Below, piece after piece: positions 25,336 to 38,632 of a stretch of 64,000 nt of DNA. The position numbers and the translations under genes are program-made. This DNA comes from Convolutriloba macropyga (lineage: Eukaryota), in NCBI RefSeq assembly GCF_964194025.1, contig NC_134468.1, positions 72,230,001 through 72,294,000 on the forward strand, read 5' to 3'. Every line of letters starts with the position of its first letter. Positions within the stretch are counted from its first letter, which is position 1. Under the pieces are notes generated by a model. It had not been told where the DNA came from, did no database searches, and saw only the letters and a list, made by a program, of their open reading frames with translations.

Positions 25336-28073
25336 TTTTTTCCCAATGTTTGCGAAGAACTCGTTAAACTCATCTACTTTATTATGCGAGCAGACAAATT
25401 TAGAGGACTCTGAATTGCCAGCTAAAGATCTGTAAAGCTCGAAAAAAGATTTTTTGTTTTGTACCGAATCGGTTTTAAGTAGATTTTGACAAAAAGTTTG
25501 TTTTTTATATCTGATGAGAGATTTAAGGTTTTTACAAGTTTTTTGAAAATTTCCGTGAATTTGTGGACTTCCAGTTGAATCTGCCAGTTTCTTAAGACTA
25601 CGTTATTTCGTCGCTAAGTTTTTAACCTCATTATCAATCCAATTTGTGTTCTTTTTTTGTGTACGATATTTTTCAGGAAGGTGACTGTTTAATGCTTCTG
25701 TGAGCAATTCGTGAAGTTTTTTGAAGGCTTTGTCAATTGGTAAGAGTTCTAAACTACTTCTGTGGACCTCAAATTGATACCTGAGATCCTTTTCGAGTCT
25801 TTCTTTTGTAATTGGATTATCTAGGTTATGCCAATTGCGGCTTTTTAGAGCTTTAAAATACTTTTCTGGACTGCCATCGAGGTCAAAGGAACCTTCTACC
25901 GTGTGACGGTCTGTTATGCTGGTTGATTTAACTTTTGTTTCTATGAAAAAGTTAGAAAATATTGCGTCAATGAGCGTACCTCAGCCATTTGATACCCTCG
26001 TTGGGTCGTTATTGCTTGATATACTGAGACCGTTTCCGGCTAAAAAGCTTTTTAAGCTTTCGGCTTTTTTGCTGTTTACTAAAAAATTAACATTAAAATC
26101 CCCACAAAGTACGTGTTTTGTTTCTGGGTCAACCATTAGGCTGTCGAGATATCTTTCAACCGTCACGAAATTGGCTTCATTAGTGCAATTTGGTGGCATG
26201 TAAATACATGAGAAACAGATTTCTTCTTTTATGGTTTTGATGGCGACTGTTAGTAGTTGAACGGAATTCGTTTCTAATTTTTTAACTATCTGACAATTTA
26301 TGTTATTTTTCAAGAAGAATGCAACACCTCCACCTCTTTTTTTACGATTGCTGGATATAATTACGTCAATTGCAGATATCCATTTTAGAAACATACTTTG
26401 ACTCTGGTTTTCTATCGTAACGGCACTTCTTGTTAAAAATTCTGCATTCAATTTTTTCCCAATGTTTGCTAAGAACTCGTTAAACTCATCTACTTTATTT
26501 TGCGAGCAGACAACTTTAGAGGACTGCATTGCCGGCTGAATTGCCGGCTAAAGATCTGTAAAGCTCGAAAAAAGATTTTTTGTTTTTTACCGAATCGGTT
26601 TTAAGTAGATTTTGATAAAAAGTTTGTTTTTTAGATCTGATGAGAGATTTAAGGTTTTTACAAGTTTTTTGAAAATTTTCGTGAATTTGTGGACTTCCAG
26701 TTGTATCTGCCAGTTTCTTAAGACTTCGTTTTTTCGTCGCTAAGTTTTTAACCTCATTATCAATCCAATTTTTGTTCTTTTTTTGTGTACGATTTTTTTC
26801 AGGAAGGTGACTGTTTAATGCTTCTGTGAGCAATTCGTGAAGTTTTTTGAAGGCTTTGTCAATTGGTGAGAGTTCTAAACTACTTCTGTGGACCTCAAAT
26901 TGATACCTGAGATCCTTTTCGAGTCTTTCTTTTGTAATTGGATTATCTAGGTTATGCCAATTGCGGCTTTTTAGAGCTTTAAAATACTTTTCTGGACTGC
27001 CATCGAGGTCAAAGGAACCTTCTACCGTGTGATGGTCTGTTATGCTGGTTGATTTAACTTTTGTTTCTATGAAAAAGTTAGAAAATATTGCGTCAATGAG
27101 CGTACCTCTGCCATTTGATACCCTCGTTGGGTCGTTATTGCTTGATATACTGAGACCGTTTCCGGCTAAAAAGCTTTTTAAGCTTTCGGCTTTTTTGCTG
27201 TTTACTAAAAAATTAACATTAAAATCCCCACAAAGTACGTGTTTTGTTTCTGGGTCAACCATTAGGCTGTCGAGATATCTTTCAACCGTCACGAAATTGG
27301 CTTCATTAGTGCAATTTGGTGGCATGTAAATACATGAGAACCAGATTTCTTCTTTTATGGTTTTGATGGCGACTGTTAGTAGTTGAACGGAATTCGTTTC
27401 TAATTTTTTAACTATCTGACAATTTATGTTATTTTTCAAGAAGAATGCAACACCTCCACCTCTTTTTTTACGATTGCTGGATATAATTACGTCAATTGCA
27501 GATATCCATTTTAGAAACATACTTTGACTCTGGTTTTCTATCGTAACGGCACTTCTTGTTAAAAATTCTGCATTCAATTTTTTCCCAATGTTTGCGAAGA
27601 ACTCGTTAAACTCATCTACTTTATTTTGCGAGCAGACAACTTTAGAGGACTGCATTGCCGGCTGAATTGCCGGCTAAAGATCTGTAAAGCTCGAAAAAAG
27701 ATTTTTTGTTTTTTACCGAATCGGTTTTAAGTAGATTTTGATAAAAAGTTTGTTTTTAGATCTGATGAGAGATTTAAGGTTTTTACAAGTTTTTTGAAAA
27801 TTTTCGTGAATTTGTGGACTTCCAGTTGTATCTGCCAGTTTCTTAAGACTTCGTTTTTTCGTCGCTAAGTTTTTAACCTCATTATCAATCCAATTTTTGT
27901 TCTTTTTTTGTGTACGATATTTTTCAGGAAGGTGACTGTTTAATGCTTCTGTGAGCAATTCGTGAAGTTTTTTGAAGGCTTTGTCAATTGGTAAGAGTTC
28001 TAAACTACTTCTGTGGACCTCAAATTGATACCTGAGATCCTTTTCGAGTCTTTTTTTTGTAATTGGATTATCT
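25245..28073 (-). repeat. Head-to-tail triplication (~1116/1126 bp) of the LINE endonuclease-linker segment
   Basis: Units begin 'ttacgtca(t/a)ttgcagatatcc' at 25245, 26361 and 27487; the third is truncated at ~28073. The copies differ by SNPs and a 10-nt insertion. Confidence 0.92.
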
Positions 28074-29269
28074 ATGTCGCCATCTATGTCTACTAACTTT
28101 TTAGATATAACAAGACATCAAAGACTTCATGCAGAAGACAAACTACGATACATAGCAAAAATCTGCCAAGATTTTGCAAATCAACATGGTGTTTGGACGA
28201 GCTATTATAAGGTACGCAATCAGAAGGAAAAATTTGAAAATCAAAAAATTCTAAGACTGATTTTGTTGATAGTACTGTTTGAGGGCAGAGTTCAAGTTTG
28301 AGCTGTTTTTCTTAGCCATGTTTTCACACGAGAGGCATCAGGCAAATGCTCAAAAAATCAAAATAATATGGTAACATTAACCAATGACAAAAGATTACAG
28401 TCAAGAAATCATCCATTTCTAATTTTTGATATATCAGATGAATATATAAATGTCATATATAAACTAAATTGTTTTCAAATTGGCTATTAACAAAAGTTAA
28501 TTTTTTTTAACAAAAAGAACTTGAAAAAATGCATTTTTTAAAAAAAAAATAATAAAGTTCGTAATGTCAAAAGTTTGCAAACCGTTCCATTGCTTCCAGG
28601 AAATATGCAGTAAACTGTTCCTAAAGCCTAGAGGAGGTTTTATGTCCTCTAAGGCTGGAAAACTAAAAAAAAACGACAAATTTTCTGCAAAAAACTTGAA
28701 ATCAATTCCTAAAATTAGTATCATTTTTCGTGTTTATGTTTGCAGTACCTATACATATACCTCAAAAAATGGTCATGAAAACTCATTATTTCTTGCAAAA
28801 GACCTCTATAAACTTTGGCAATTGCCAATTTAAGACTAATCAAACAAAAAGACTCTAAAAAAGTGAAAAACGTGAAAATTGAACCTTTTTGGGCTCAAAG
28901 TCTCCTAAAAATGACCATTCAACCTTAAATTGAGGCCTTCTCAGCAGCAGCACCACTCTGAGTTCTTGAACCAAAAAAAACTGCGCCCCAGTGGAACCCA
29001 TGAAATTCTTGGATTGTAGTAAATGCTTTTCAATACCGGAAGAACTTTGAAAACATAAAAAAGTGAAATATAGGTGTTGTTTTTCAGTTCTTATGTTTGC
29101 TCTTGTTCTTGATTTTTTCAATTGGTGTAGCGAGCCAGAAGAAGCAATATTTATTTGTTCAAATGGACTTTAAAAATTTCTGCTGTTACAAGCGTATTTA
29201 ACAATGATAAATTTGCATTTTTGAGCTTTATCCCAACAACAATACTTTGCAGCAAAATAGCAAGACGTG

Positions 29270-29469
29270 NNNNNNNNNNNNNNNNNNNNNNNNNNNNNNN
29301 NNNNNNNNNNNNNNNNNNNNNNNNNNNNNNNNNNNNNNNNNNNNNNNNNNNNNNNNNNNNNNNNNNNNNNNNNNNNNNNNNNNNNNNNNNNNNNNNNNNN
29401 NNNNNNNNNNNNNNNNNNNNNNNNNNNNNNNNNNNNNNNNNNNNNNNNNNNNNNNNNNNNNNNNNNNNN
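29270..29469. other. Assembly gap (200 N)
   Basis: Run of N. Confidence 1.
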
Positions 29470-31855
29470 TGTAATGTCAAACAATTCGAATATGTATTTC
29501 CTTTCATTTCCCACATAGTAACTCAGTTCAATATCATTTGATCAAGTTCACAAAAAATCTCAATTCAAATACAGTGATGAACTAAATAAAGCTATCGTAT
29601 ATGCGCATTGACAGAGATAGGATTAAATGAAGCGTTTGGTTTTTGACATTAGAAATCTATTCTTCAATTTAGTTTGGTATAAATCCCTTATAGTATAAGT
29701 TAATAGGAGGGAGATACATGAAAGAAAAGCGAAAATAAAGTTACGTTTTATGAAAAAGCTCTGATTATAAGAAGTTATGAACGAAATAGAGCGTTAACAT
29801 TTTTGAGAACACATTTCTACTTCAACTTTTCTGTTCAAACCAAATAAATTTTACACAATTGTTTTTTTAACTTTTTACATTATGCTTTCTTTACAAAAAA
29901 TTAATGTTTGTGACTTAAACTCTCTACAAGCTAACGTATAGAGAAATACATGGTATGAAACGGAGTATTAACTTTTTGACAATAATTTTACTTCAATTTT
30001 TGGTGCAAACTGAACAGGATGAATTGTCAATTTTGTACCAGATATATTACGATGGTAAGAAAATAGATACGGATGCAAGTTATGCATCCGTGGTTTTAGA
30101 GTGGTGGTAATAAACTCAAGTGTGCTCGTACCACCCGTTACCCAAGTAATACATATGGACATTGCTTGCTGCTTGGTTGGCTCCGCGCGAGACCATTCAA
30201 CTTTCATCAAACATTTGTTGCTTCCCAACTTCCCAAATTTATTCACAATTCATTCACACGTTCCAGTACAAACAGCATAATAGAGCAGAACAAAGAGTTA
30301 GAGACAAAGGGATCACACTAACCAGTGGATAGATTTATAATAACAAATTGGAGAGAAAGGAAAGAGTTGTTGCTATATTGGAGCAAAACAAAAGAAGGAA
30401 GCACGCGTGTATTTCCCAAAATAACTGGTAAGATAATTTTGAAAATTGTGTATGGCGACTCGTTAGTTTTGTATAGATATGGGTTTCTTCAGCAAGCAAT
30501 TATTATATAATCAGTTTCCGGTACAAAAAAGCGTTATTTTTGAAAAATTTCTTCAAGATTTCAGCAATCAGCAAGATCTCCTAATGACTTTTCTCAATTT
30601 CTACAATCAATTTAATCATTTCTCGTAGCAATAACGAAGTTGCTATGAATTGCTATGAGTGGTGAGAAAAAAGTAGCAGAAAAATCTAGTCTAACCAGCT
30701 GCAGTTTTTTGTCAGTTATGCATCTGTTGTATTCCCATAAAGAGTTGATTGAAAAAACGGTTGTTATTGCCCTCTCCAAGTAATTCCACGGATCGGCTCC
30801 GCCTCGGAGTTTGATAACTTCTCGGTGGCAATAACAACCATGTGGCATAGTTCATTCCTTGTCTTGAACAAGCTCATAAAATGATGAAAGCAGCTCCTCA
30901 AGTATTACAATGGTAATTGATCAAATTTTTGTAATGATGATTAAAAATATTTCTAAAACGCAGTGGTGTCGTGAAGTGTAAATCAAAAGATGAATAACAC
31001 GCCTTCAGCAAAAATATAGTTATCAAATTTCACTGATTCATAACATGATAGTTTTGAATCTCTTAACATCATGCGGCACCACTTTTGAAAAAAGACTAGA
31101 AAAACATTTTTTTTCGGAAAAATTTATGAAAGATGAGACAAAAACATAAGAACAAAAGAAGGCGCATTCGAGCAAAGAATGCAAGTGAAATTTGTTCAAA
31201 TCCTGTTATTAGAAAAAAACTTTAATTGTCACGGTTTCAGTAGCCAAGCGGCGAGTAAATTGGTGACCATTTATAGATTCTAACTCTTTGATCTCGTCGC
31301 CGACTCTAATCTAGTTTTTTGATTAGGGGGACCAGTCACCAACTTAAGCATTCTTACTGTCATCACAATTCGCATCAAAGATTTAGTCATTTTTGTTTCG
31401 ATTTAATTACGTTTTGTCAACAAGGTTCGCTTTATCACTGATTTCAGCATATGTGGTTTTCACAACGTAATGTTAAATAATGTTTGGTTCCTTCTTTTTC
31501 ATGTCCACAGGTATCTCTTGTAGAATATTGCTCATCTGTTATCTGTTCTTTTAGAGTTTTTTCTAACGCTCAATACAAGATAAGGTTTTCGTCTTGCATT
31601 GTTCTGTGTTCTGACACACCATTTTCGCAAAATCTTTCAATTTTTGCAGGATTCTCCATTTACAATTTTGAAAGTGTATCTATTACATTGATTAGATGTT
31701 TTCAGTTATATTTATGCTATAAAGCTATTGAAGTTTTCATTCCTTGAGTTGAACCAATTAACTACTATAGTTTTTCTATGAGGTTGAATTTCATTTTTTG
31801 CTTCAGGATGTTAAAGTGTCAGTGCAGTTTGGTGTTCAACATTTATAAACCCATA

Positions 31856-34800
31856 TTATTGTTCCGACCCCACTTGTGGGGGAAGGAACTATATACTCAA
31901 ATGGGTTTTTTTTTTTTGTTCAGTGAATTTTGGCCGATCGATATATTCGTCGTAGAGAAATGTGAGTGGTATCATTAAAAAGCTGGTCCAGCGTAGAATT
32001 CAAAAGTAAAAAGATTTTTTTGAATTTCGTTTTTTTCGAGGAGTTATCGAGGATTGAAGTTTTGTGTGAACAATGGGATCTTTAGCATGATTGTTCACTT
32101 TTAGTACAATTTTCTTCAAACTAAGATCTTTTTTACGAAAACATTAATTCAAATTTCTATAAAAAGAATAAATTTTGAGTTCGTAAAAGTTGAATGCAAG
32201 GCGATAGAAAGACTAGTTCTGGTCTCATAGGGAAGTTCACTATCAAAAAAAATCGAACTCTAATTGAGAGCCCTTTTTTTAATAAAACTTTTCTCTTTTT
32301 TGCTTTTTTAAGTCACCTAGAGACAAGTCACATTTTATATCGACGTTCTATTAATGACAAAACTCCTTTATAGTCGAATGAAGCGCAATGAACAAAAAAC
32401 GTCGTTTTCAAGGAATTGCTCATGTTTTTTTTTGGCTTCGATTCTGAGTTTTCGTAATTTTGAATGAAATTTTGAATTTCCTTTTGAAGTTTTACTATTT
32501 TTTTTGGAGTCCTATGGTAGGGATTCATTGACTAACAGTGCAATATGTTCCATAATGAGCATTAAGTGAACATGTCTATTTCATTGAGGGGGCGGCTAAT
32601 GGCTGTTAAGACTTAAAAAATAATTTTTCGAATTTTTTTTTGAATATTAAAGAATCATAATCTTATTATAGTGAATTGTAAGTCAGTCCAGGGGTGAGAG
32701 CACCCTCTTCCTTCCTACTGCAACCAAAATTAAACTGGTTAGCGGTTTTATCTTCTATCTATTGGTTATATGACTTCAATGACAAAAAATTTCAATTTTT
32801 TAAAATTTTTTTTGATTTTTACGTATTATTGGTTACTTTTGAAATCTTATCACATTATCCAAATATTGACAGTTCCCATTAGCTTAAAAACGATGTTCTG
32901 TGGATGACCAATAAAAGTTTTAAACAAAAATTTATGGTTTAAATGGCTTCGACACGTTCTTCTTGCACTTTTCTACTGATTTTTTGGTTTTCTCCTGTTT
33001 TTTTTTTGTTGTTTTAATAGTCATTATACTTACTGTGATCTCATAATGAATACCTATGCATGACAAACATAAATGTACTGCCACCGGGGCATCTTTGAGC
33101 GTTTTTATTGACTTCCGTTGAAAGCTATTGAATTTAATGTCTGTTAAAATAAAAATCATTTTTCGAAAATTTTATTTGAACAATAACAATTCCTAAATTT
33201 TTCTTGAACTGTTAGTGAGTTTCAGTATTGACTGGACCCACTTGCTTTTTACTGCGACTAAAAATATTCTGTTTAGCTGTTTTATCTTCTAGCTATTGGT
33301 TATATGACTTCAATGACAAAGATTTCAATTTTTTTAAATTTTTTTTTTGGATTTTTTGAATTATTGGTCACTTTTGAACTCTTTATCACATTATCCAAAG
33401 ATTATTGTAATCCAATTGGCTTAGAGAGGACGTTCAGTGGATCACAGAGAAAGTTTTCAGAGAATAGCTAATGGTTTAATTGTCTTCGACACTTTCTTCT
33501 CGCATTTTTCTACTGAATTTTAGTTTTTGCTGTTTTTGTTATTGTTTTCTGTCATAAGACTTATTGTGATGTCTTTTTAACTATCTATGCATGACAGACA
33601 TCATTTTCCTCCCTATGGGTTATATCTGAGCATCGTCATTGAGCTCCGATGAAAGATTGAGTTTACTGGCTGTTAAGGGTTTAAAAATAATTTTTCGAAA
33701 CTTTTTTGAAATTCAACCATTCCTAATTTTTTTTCGTGAATACTCTTGGTCATTGTTGGTTCTAACAGAATCCATTTCCGTTCTACTATAGCCAAAATTA
33801 ATCTGGTTAGCGGTTTTATCTTCTACCTATTAGTTTTAAAACATCAATGCCACGAGAATTCATATTTTTTTTGGGTACTTTATTTTGTTTTTCGATCCTT
33901 TTGAAATCTTATCACATCATCTTACTGCTGAGAGTCCCTATTGGTTTAGGGAAGAAGTTCAACGGATCATAAATAAAGTTTTCAGGGAAGAGCTTATGAT
34001 TTGAGTTGCTTCGACATTTTCTTCAGGCACTTTTCTACTGAATTTGTGGTTTTTGCCTCTCTCTGTTGTTGTTTTCATAGTCATTAACTTGTTGTAAGGT
34101 CTTATTGATGAAATACGATTGGCAAAAAAACTTATTGTCCCCTCGAGGCATCATTTATTGTATATACTGGCTTCCGTTGAAGGCTAATGAATTTAATGGC
34201 GTTGATAATACGTGTTTTCCCGCAATTTTCGTGCGTCTAATGTATTTGTTTATATTTGTTGATTTTTTGAAATTATATTGATAAAAAAGGTTTTCCCATT
34301 GCTCCTGAAAAATTAATTTAAAATTGAAGAGTGTTTAGTGAAAAGTTCATTTTTTTAATGCCTTCGACCCTTTTGTCGCTCAATTTTTTTTCCTGAATTC
34401 GCTGTTTTTGTTCTTTAGGTAGCCGTAAATTGCTCACAGATCTCATAGGCTTGTAATTGAGGACTGAATGAATGATGTTGCTCGAAACATTCAGTATATA
34501 GCGAATAGGTTCCTTTCGTCAAATTTAACTTCTATTCATCAATCAGATGTCCCATCGAATTTCGTGTATTTCAAGAAATAACATATATATTGATATTATG
34601 TGCCACTGTTGTTTCGTTTTTCTGAACGTTTATTGAATGGCCATTTTTTGCGTTTCTTTTTCTCTTCCTTCAGAACAATCGCGTAATAACAGATCCCAAT
34701 GGTTTTTAAATGTGGCCCAAGTAAACTTATTTAATCTTTCAGTATAAATCCTTCAACTGAAATAGCAGAAATAACAACTGAATTAAAAATACATATTCAG

Positions 34801-35434
34801 ATGATAGCTATTGATTTTAATGGTAGCAAAGGTTTGTGTTTTCGCAAATCGTTTGTAATTTTTTGAGTTTCTCTTTAGTTTGTTTCTATGGCATAGTCTG
34901 ACCACAGACGGGTGCTTTTGGTTTTGTAATGACTTTTTAGTAATTTATCAAGGATTTTTTTATTAAAAACCAATGTTTTTTAAGATTTTTGAATTTTCTT
35001 GGTGCAAAAAATGTTGATTAATTTTTAAGTTTCGCCTCACTGTTCGTTCTTTTTGTCGGCTTGTTACCTAGTCTCGTTAAGAAAACTTTTCATCTGCTGT
35101 ATAGTTAGTAAAAGGTAAACTTGTGTAGTTAAGGTTTTATCTGACTGCATTTTGACGTTGTTACCAGGTGCTTTTAAATTTAGATATTCATTTTTTGCCG
35201 CTAAAATTTTGTTGGTGCTATTTTTTTTCTAGTCTCTTCAATGTCAGGTCACGTTGGTGCTGTAATGAAGCATGGCATTAGTAATTCAATTAGTAGATAG
35301 AATGTGTAACGATTGTTTTAAACTCAAACATCTATTTTTGTTATCTCTTGATTTGGTTGACATTTTAGTCAAAAATGTAGATGAGCTCGGGTCGGAACAT
35401 CATGTGCGAACGCACATTAACGAGCCGCCTTGTT
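31856..35434 (+). mobile_element. Helentron/DINE-1-like non-autonomous element (HINE), copy 1, complete, with central tandem repeats
   Basis: 5' subTIR 'tgttccgaccc' (31860-31870) followed by a 'cccac-tt-gtggg' hairpin and a partial IR 'ggaac'. 3' subTIR 'gggtcggaaca' (35389-35399) followed by the stem-loop 'atgtgcg-aa-cgcacat' and a T-rich end. Internal ~535-bp repeats start at ~32743, ~33278 and ~33811. Confidence 0.8.
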
Positions 35435-36377
35435 GTAAATAAATGTCTTGGAGGACTGATCGGCTAACAGTTATGCAAAAAGTTGCGCCCATCCATTGCG
35501 AGTTTTGGGGGCGTCCACGTTTAACAGAAGTTAGCAGTCCAATATTAGCAGTCTTGAAAACTTTAACAGAGTTTTAAAAGATGGGGGTATAATTTCGTCT
35601 AGGTGTTTGTTTTGCATCAATGGCACGTGCAAATAGTAACGGGCTACACAACAAAACATAAGTTGTAAGTAGGGCGTAAAATCACTGAGGGGGCAACAGA
35701 ATAGAATGATTTAATTAAACTGCAGTTGGATCTATTTTGTTTCTGGGGGCGTTAAATACACTGGGTGGGGGGGGGGGTTAAATACACTCCCCGTCGATTC
35801 CAATCAATCTTTCAAAAAAAAACTCCCTCCGCCCTGCCCTCTCCACCCCTCCTTTCCTCCCTTCTTTCTTGTTACATAACTATTCTTGGGCTCATATTAT
35901 TATTAGGCATAGTAGTTGGTATCATGGATTGGTTTGTTTTGAAATTGAGTATACCAAAAACGTTTCCCTGTGGTAAGTGCGTGAACATTTCAATTAAAGA
36001 AACCGGGTCATCGGATCTCGACCGGGTCAGACATTTGAGTGTTAACTTTGTGCTGTATGTAAAATTGTGAAGCCTATTTGCAAGGTTAGTGACAATATAG
36101 CTTTTAACAAAATATCACGCGTGCATTTCACTTGAGCTATTCGACCAATAAATGCATATTGTTCAATTAGTGATCTTGCTTCTCGTTTTTTATATTTTTT
36201 GTAAATTTGCCGATTCCAAGGAACAGTGACTTTATTAACCTTTTAAATTTGTACTTTGTTTTATTTGGTAAATACAAAAGGTTAGCATGTTTTAATTATT
36301 ATAAGCTATGTTTTGAATTTATTCAAAAACAATGGGTCAAAATGATTGTGAGTGCGTGTGTGCGTATGTATGCGTTT

Positions 36378-36561
36378 NNNNNNNNNNNNNNNNNNNNNNN
36401 NNNNNNNNNNNNNNNNNNNNNNNNNNNNNNNNNNNNNNNNNNNNNNNNNNNNNNNNNNNNNNNNNNNNNNNNNNNNNNNNNNNNNNNNNNNNNNNNNNNN
36501 NNNNNNNNNNNNNNNNNNNNNNNNNNNNNNNNNNNNNNNNNNNNNNNNNNNNNNNNNNNNN
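36378..36561. other. Assembly gap (184 N)
   Basis: Run of N. Confidence 1.
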
Positions 36562-38632
36562 TCTTGATGATGGTGGGCATTTCCCAACCTTAGCAGAAGG
36601 AACTTTTTAAGAGGAATCAATAAAGCTCAGATTGCTTCAAGCTGATGGAGGTCCCAGCCAGAAACCATCTCTGATCATATCATTCTAGCGACAAAAAAGA
36701 TCCTGATCAGACCGTCTCAGGTTGGATTGACATTTGATGAGACCCAGGGATGGTCGAATAGGCTTCTGACCAGAACCACTGTGTTCAAATGCTCAGAACA
36801 CAGTGAATTTAAATTTGTTTCTGATCAGAACAATTGAGGCTCAAAATCACACTCATTACGCGCAGGTAAACTTAAATGAATTGTGCAGGTATTTTGAAGT
36901 TTCTGTATACTACCTGCACGGTACTAAAACGTACTGCAATTGCAGTTAATTTTGCTTGAAATGTGCAGGTAGTCCTCCTGCTGAGTTCACCTGAAATTTA
37001 CCTGAACAGGCCAAATTTAAGGAAAATTTAACTGCACAAGTTACCTTTATTGTTCAGGTAATTTAGCTTTTCTCTATTCAAATTAAGGTTGGGGACAATT
37101 TGGGTTGCTCATACGTTTAAATCTCTGAAAGATTATGAAAAATTTGGTGTTTCAGTTATCGGCAAAAAGCCTGATGATATTTCAGTCAACAAACTAGCTC
37201 GCATCAAACCACGAGAATTGTAGTCTCATATTCACCTAAAGTTGAGGACAATAACTTTGCTTACGACCACCGGAAAACCAATTTTTCAAATCTGTCTTGG
37301 GTCAAATTTTCTCTCGTCAGGTTCTCTCTATTCAATCTGCGATCAAGCAAGCATCTTTGGGCCCATGCCCATGCCCACAAACTCTTGTTAATGAAAATAA
37401 AGCTAACAACGAATACGTCTAGAAATGACCCACATTTCTATCGGTTAATTATAAAAAGAATTGTTGGCCTTTTCTCGCCAGACTGCAGTGTGAAAAATAT
37501 TTCTCTAATTTAGAAGTTTTCATTAGGCCATTCAATATCTTCAAGAGAGCAATGGTATCTAGGTTATCATTTTTTGGTTCGCAGAGCAGTGGATACTTCG
37601 GCTCACGTGTTTTTGCAGACAGACAAAAAATTTGATAAATAGCTCAAAAAATAAGAAAAGTTTTGTACTGTTGTTCACCAGTACTTCTTTTAATTTAAAT
37701 AAAAATTTTATACTGATTAGAAAGAAGTCCCAAAGCACGATGAGAAATTACAGAAGAGGAAAAGAAGTAGTTTAATAATAAAAAATGGAAACTTAATAGT
37801 GTTCATTTCTTGCTAACTTTGGAAAAATCATATAGAAGCTTCATGAAAACGTTTTTCCTTTTCAACAAGATAACTTACAAATTTCGTTTACAAAATGCAG
37901 TTTTTCTGGAAATTTTTTTCTTTAAATTTATCTATTCGATTTTTATTTAAAAAATTACAGCAATTTACCTGAACGGTGTGCAGATAATCAATCTTGAGGA
38001 AATTTGTGTAGCTAAATTTTACCACTGCACATGGTGGCTAGACATTATTTAGAGTGCATCTCTAGTCAAACTATCCTGCGTTCAAACTGGTGACTGCCCC
38101 AGATAGACTGATCAAAACAGCTTTATCCTTAGGTAAATCATTTAAAAAACAAAATATTTATTTCTATATTATTGAAGTTTAAAGCAAGACATTGATCTGA
38201 AAGTCGAGTTATATTGAAACAATTTTTGCCTCTGAAACCCAACATTCGAAACGTTGCACTTTTATGTAGCCGAGGTTTAATGTAGCCAAAAACAATTGCA
38301 GAAACTTAAAATATCCGGGTAAACTTTTATTCAACAGTTACCCGTAAACTGTATCTATCGGCTGGACTTCTTGTTTCTGATCAGAGCCAAATGATCCATT
38401 CTTTTGTGTATTTTTGGCTGTTTGTTGGGCCAAAAACACTTAATCAAACAATTAACATGAAGTTTTCTTCTGATAAAGAAATTTTTTCCAAGCCAAATGC
38501 GTCAGATCACACTCAATTACGTTCAAAATTTTCGCTGAGCAGACTCAACGGCAATCAAATCTGCCCCACCTCTGATCAGACTGTCCTGAGCTCTTGAGAT
38601 AATCGAGACCACAATTCTTTGAGCGTACTAGT

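Larger units (their letters stand above)
23430..28073 (-). mobile_element. 5'-truncated non-LTR retrotransposon (CR1/L2-type LINE), degenerate, with an internal tandem triplication
   Basis: APE endonuclease motifs (RGGGV, IYMPP, GDFN, TLID, TDH) and RT motifs (FRPISLL, QFGFR, DLKKAFDTVDH, GVPQGSILGPLLF, YADD, KYLG). A 3'-UTR stem-loop lies at 23518-23557 and an (ATT)n tail at ~23430-23446. Confidence 0.93.

Noticed and set aside
28068-28092. Target-site duplication for the LINE ('atctatgtc' twice at the 5' junction)
   Set aside because: Both copies are on the same side of the element and no match was found next to the 3' tail at ~23430.
29968-30848. Two minus-strand ORFs (92 and 78 aa) with slightly raised GC
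   Set aside because: No motif I can recognise and no convincing splice or start context; possibly decayed TE or exon sequence, but unsupported without a search.
32700-34400. Direct homology between the HINE ~535-bp internal repeat and the 543-bp satellite
   Set aside because: The periods are similar but I could not align the sequences by eye on either strand.
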